A DNA stretch of 63,830 bases, counting the filler. It is 6 parts of 6 records of this genome, joined end to end, with 100 filler letters (N's around TTAATTAATTAA, not from the genome) between each part and the next. Parts side by side here need not be neighbours in the genome. Positions count along the whole stretch, not along the records: positions 57,744 to 63,830 come from SRR31147125_2822; 5 more parts are not named here. The stretch is one strand, 5' to 3'. The notes below the pieces were generated by a model. That model did no database searches and had not been told where the DNA came from. It was given only the letters and a program-made list of their open reading frames with translations. Shown here one piece after another: positions 61,364 through 63,830 of the stretch. Each line of letters opens with the position of its first letter. The stretch's first letter is position 1. Made by a program: the position numbers and the translations under genes.

Positions 61364-61780
61364 GTGAAATCCTTTAAAAAACTTAATTCCGCTATATTAG
61401 TTATTTGTATAAATATAATTTTTTCATGTACAAAAGAGAATAGTATACCAGTACATGGAATTCATGGCAAATGGAATCTCATCAATTTTGAATGTTGTGA
61501 ATTATCAAGGATATTCTACAATAAAGAAGATATTATTTGGCAGATTGATACTATTTCTCAAAATATCATGATGTCTAATAATATTGAATTTGAAAATTAT
61601 TCCAACTACACCTTTCAATCAAGTGGTGAATATAATATACAAATAGACTATGAAGAATATAAAATCTTAATTGACTATCAAGGATACCGTATTAATTATG
61701 ATTATTGGCTGATTGGAGATAGCCTTAGAGTAAGTTACACACCTGAATCTGATGGGCCATTATTAATTTTTAAAACATAA
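61364..61780 (+). CDS. Lipoprotein, possibly lipocalin-like (paralog B)
   Basis: Likely GTG start, lipobox IFSC, IHGKWNL..FECC, PESDGP. Confidence 0.6.
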   Translation: MKSFKKLNSAILVICINIIFSCTKENSIPVHGIHGKWNLINFECCELSRIFYNKEDIIWQIDTISQNIMMSNNIEFENYSNYTFQSSGEYNIQIDYEEYKILIDYQGYRINYDYWLIGDSLRVSYTPESDGPLLIFKT

Positions 61781-61797
61781 ATACAAATAACACTATC

Positions 61798-62148
61798 ATG
61801 AGCAATATGTATGTATCTCTAATAATTGGATTATCATTTTTAATATCCTGTAGCAAAACAGAGAACGATATTAATAAATTAGCAGGAACATGGATTGAGA
61901 AAGAACCTAATTTATATGATGGGATAACAGATACAATTGTTTTCACAAAGAATCTTCAGGTTGAAAAACATTTCTATTTTAATGGTTATAATTATGAACA
62001 AAAAAATGATTCTATATCTTTTTATAGCTCAAATAAAAAATTTAGTTACTCATTTAAATTTATTACCAATGATGAAATTGTAATATATAACTTCCTTGAT
62101 CGAATAATTACGACAGAGATTAAGAATATTCAATTTATTAGAGAGTAA
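61798..62148 (+). CDS. Small lipoprotein
   Basis: Lipobox LISC and LAGTW. Confidence 0.55.
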   Translation: MSNMYVSLIIGLSFLISCSKTENDINKLAGTWIEKEPNLYDGITDTIVFTKNLQVEKHFYFNGYNYEQKNDSISFYSSNKKFSYSFKFITNDEIVIYNFLDRIITTEIKNIQFIRE

Positions 62149-62394
62149 AAAATATTACCGTTTGTGCTTATTAAACAAAACCAATTATCTATATTACAAA
62201 AAGCGTCACCAAGTAATCAGCGGCGGTTATTTTCTAAACTTTCAATTAAAATATCTCAATTCAGTTTTCTCAGTTTTGGGTGAAAATCTACTATTAACCA
62301 AGGAACTGACTTGCAACATGAAACTGTGTGCAGTAAATTCGACTATAATTCGTACAGTTAAAAATTTCAACTATCGAAAAAATTCACGATAAAT

Positions 62395-62733
62395 TTATTC
62401 CACTATTTCCAATTCTTTCATTTTCTTAAATGCGAACCTGGCAGTTGGGTAAGTCACGGAGCCTCCGCCAATAACACTCATCTTAATAGCTTCTATTATC
62501 TCCTGCTTATTGGCTTTTACTTTTATACATTCCTGAAGATGGTAAAGCACGCATTCATTGCATTTTGATACTATAGAAATGGCTAATCCTATAAGTTCTT
62601 TATATTTTTTTGGAATAGTTCCGTTGGAATATACACTGTCATCCAATTTTCCGAATTGGCTAAAGAATGAGTCCTCATCAGACATTAATTTGTTTAATTC
62701 TTGCCTTTCTTTATTAAAGTTTTCGAGGTTCAT
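62395..62733 (-). CDS. Carboxymuconolactone decarboxylase/AhpD-family protein
   Basis: KYKELIGLAISIVSKCNECVLYH and IGGG. Confidence 0.85.
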   Translation of the reverse strand: MNLENFNKERQELNKLMSDEDSFFSQFGKLDDSVYSNGTIPKKYKELIGLAISIVSKCNECVLYHLQECIKVKANKQEIIEAIKMSVIGGGSVTYPTARFAFKKMKELEIVE

Positions 62734-62745
62734 GTTTTTAGTTAT

Positions 62746-63789
62746 TTACTTCCAATGCTGTTCTAATTTATCGGCTTCCTCTTTTGTAAGGTGAATAATT
62801 GCTCCATGTTTAGGGGAAATAAAATTGGTTGTTTTCATTACACCTTCGTTAAAACGTCCTAAATCGGTAAAGTTTACGAAGTCCGTTGTTTCGGCAAAAC
62901 CAAAATTATGTGGGTTAATGCTAAAAATATCGTACATCAACACCCATTTATCTTCACCTATTCTTTTCCAAACATTGGGTGCTTCGCATGCTCCTGGTTC
63001 TGCATCTCCCCATTGGTCAGTATATTCATAACCAGTATGAATACTATCCGAATAGGCCATTTTAATTCCCCCGGGGTGTTCCTGGGCTACATACATCATG
63101 CAATAGCGACCATCTGGCATTTGCGAAATATCGGCATCCAGAATTTGAATTTCGGGTTTAGGATAATTATAAAGAATTTTTGGTGCACTTACCAGCGTGG
63201 AGAATTCATCATCGGTGTAAGCATAGTACAGCTTGGTTTTTCCGCCAGTTATGCGCATGGTAAAATATAGCATCATTTTTTTCTCTACCGGATCGTAGGT
63301 TGTTTCAGGCGCCCAGGCACAAGCCACATCCAAATCAGGAAATAAATCTTGGATTAGCACATTGTTACGTGTCCAATGTATTAAATCAAAGGATTTCATT
63401 AATACAAAACCACGGTTATTACCCCAGTCGTATATTTCTCCATCGCGTTCCCATACCGTTGTACGATAACCTTTTTCCTTGGCGTAAATATGAAGGTCTG
63501 TCATTGCCATATAAAATGCCCCATCAGGCCCTCTAAATATATGTGGATCACGTATTCCTTTTTGATAAGATATGGTATCGCCTGCAATTATTGGTTTTGC
63601 GTCGTTTAACGCTATAAAGCTATAACCATCACGACTTAATGCCATATGCACGCTGTGTGTAGGGTCGGTATGAAAAACAAACAGATATGCTTCCATATCT
63701 TTTTCTTGCGGTATATTCGATGAATTACATGATGAGATTAACAACATAATAGCTGCTAATACGGACGCGTTATAAATTCGTATTTCCAT
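62746..63789 (-). CDS. GH43 glycoside hydrolase lipoprotein
   Basis: Lipobox ISSC, GIRDPHI, AWAPE, LDADI, EAPNV, PKHG. Confidence 0.85.
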   Translation of the reverse strand: MEIRIYNASVLAAIMLLISSCNSSNIPQEKDMEAYLFVFHTDPTHSVHMALSRDGYSFIALNDAKPIIAGDTISYQKGIRDPHIFRGPDGAFYMAMTDLHIYAKEKGYRTTVWERDGEIYDWGNNRGFVLMKSFDLIHWTRNNVLIQDLFPDLDVACAWAPETTYDPVEKKMMLYFTMRITGGKTKLYYAYTDDEFSTLVSAPKILYNYPKPEIQILDADISQMPDGRYCMMYVAQEHPGGIKMAYSDSIHTGYEYTDQWGDAEPGACEAPNVWKRIGEDKWVLMYDIFSINPHNFGFAETTDFVNFTDLGRFNEGVMKTTNFISPKHGAIIHLTKEEADKLEQHWK

Positions 63790-63830
63790 TTTTTTGTCGA
63801 TTAAGATGAGCTTTAATAATTAATACTTAC

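Noticed and set aside
62162-62392. 76-aa ORF after the lipoprotein array
   Set aside because: TTG start, no clear RBS or motif; not supportable.

Overview
The window is not one locus. It is six unrelated contigs joined by 100-nt spacers (N44-TTAATTAATTAA-N44) at 23737-23836, 29220-29319, 36399-36498, 48507-48606 and 57644-57743, so gene neighbourhoods are only meaningful within a contig. Taxonomic labels below are inferences from gene style. Contig 1 (1-23736, diderm, possibly KSB1/Calditrichota-like) has an envelope glycosylation operon (four paralogous membrane GT2s, a SAM methyltransferase, a flippase-like protein, Wzi, DUF3108). It also has a convergent operon (DGGGP-synthase-like UbiA, dtd, maf, rodZ, mpl, a tandem-R3H protein, a GT-B glycosyltransferase), greA with a candidate attenuator leader, an esterase, a DUF2490 pseudogene, pepD, a MacAB-like exporter and a partial tRNA-Lys. 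Contig 2 (Bacteroidota-like) carries a porin, two monoheme c-type cytochrome lipoproteins, a DUF5777-like barrel and a protein with a flavinylation motif, next to menB; this is the best candidate for an undescribed system. Contig 3 is a carbohydrate-utilisation fragment (GH29, CE4 fusion, beta-propeller GH). Contig 4 is clostridial-like (sugar modification genes, dcd, Fe-ADH, double VanZ, acyl-CoA synthetase, ZIP, sua5-ywlE-rpiB-upp). Contig 5 is a low-GC organism (AraC, TfoX_C, DUF116, stand-alone degenerate DnaE-type PHP, TetR-ABC exporter). Contig 6 is Bacteroidales-like (queA, GH3, dNK, REP-like pair, tandem lipoproteins, AhpD/CMD, GH43). About ten genes are split by single-base deletions in homopolymers, most likely sequencing errors. 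No CRISPR array, rRNA or intact transposase was seen.
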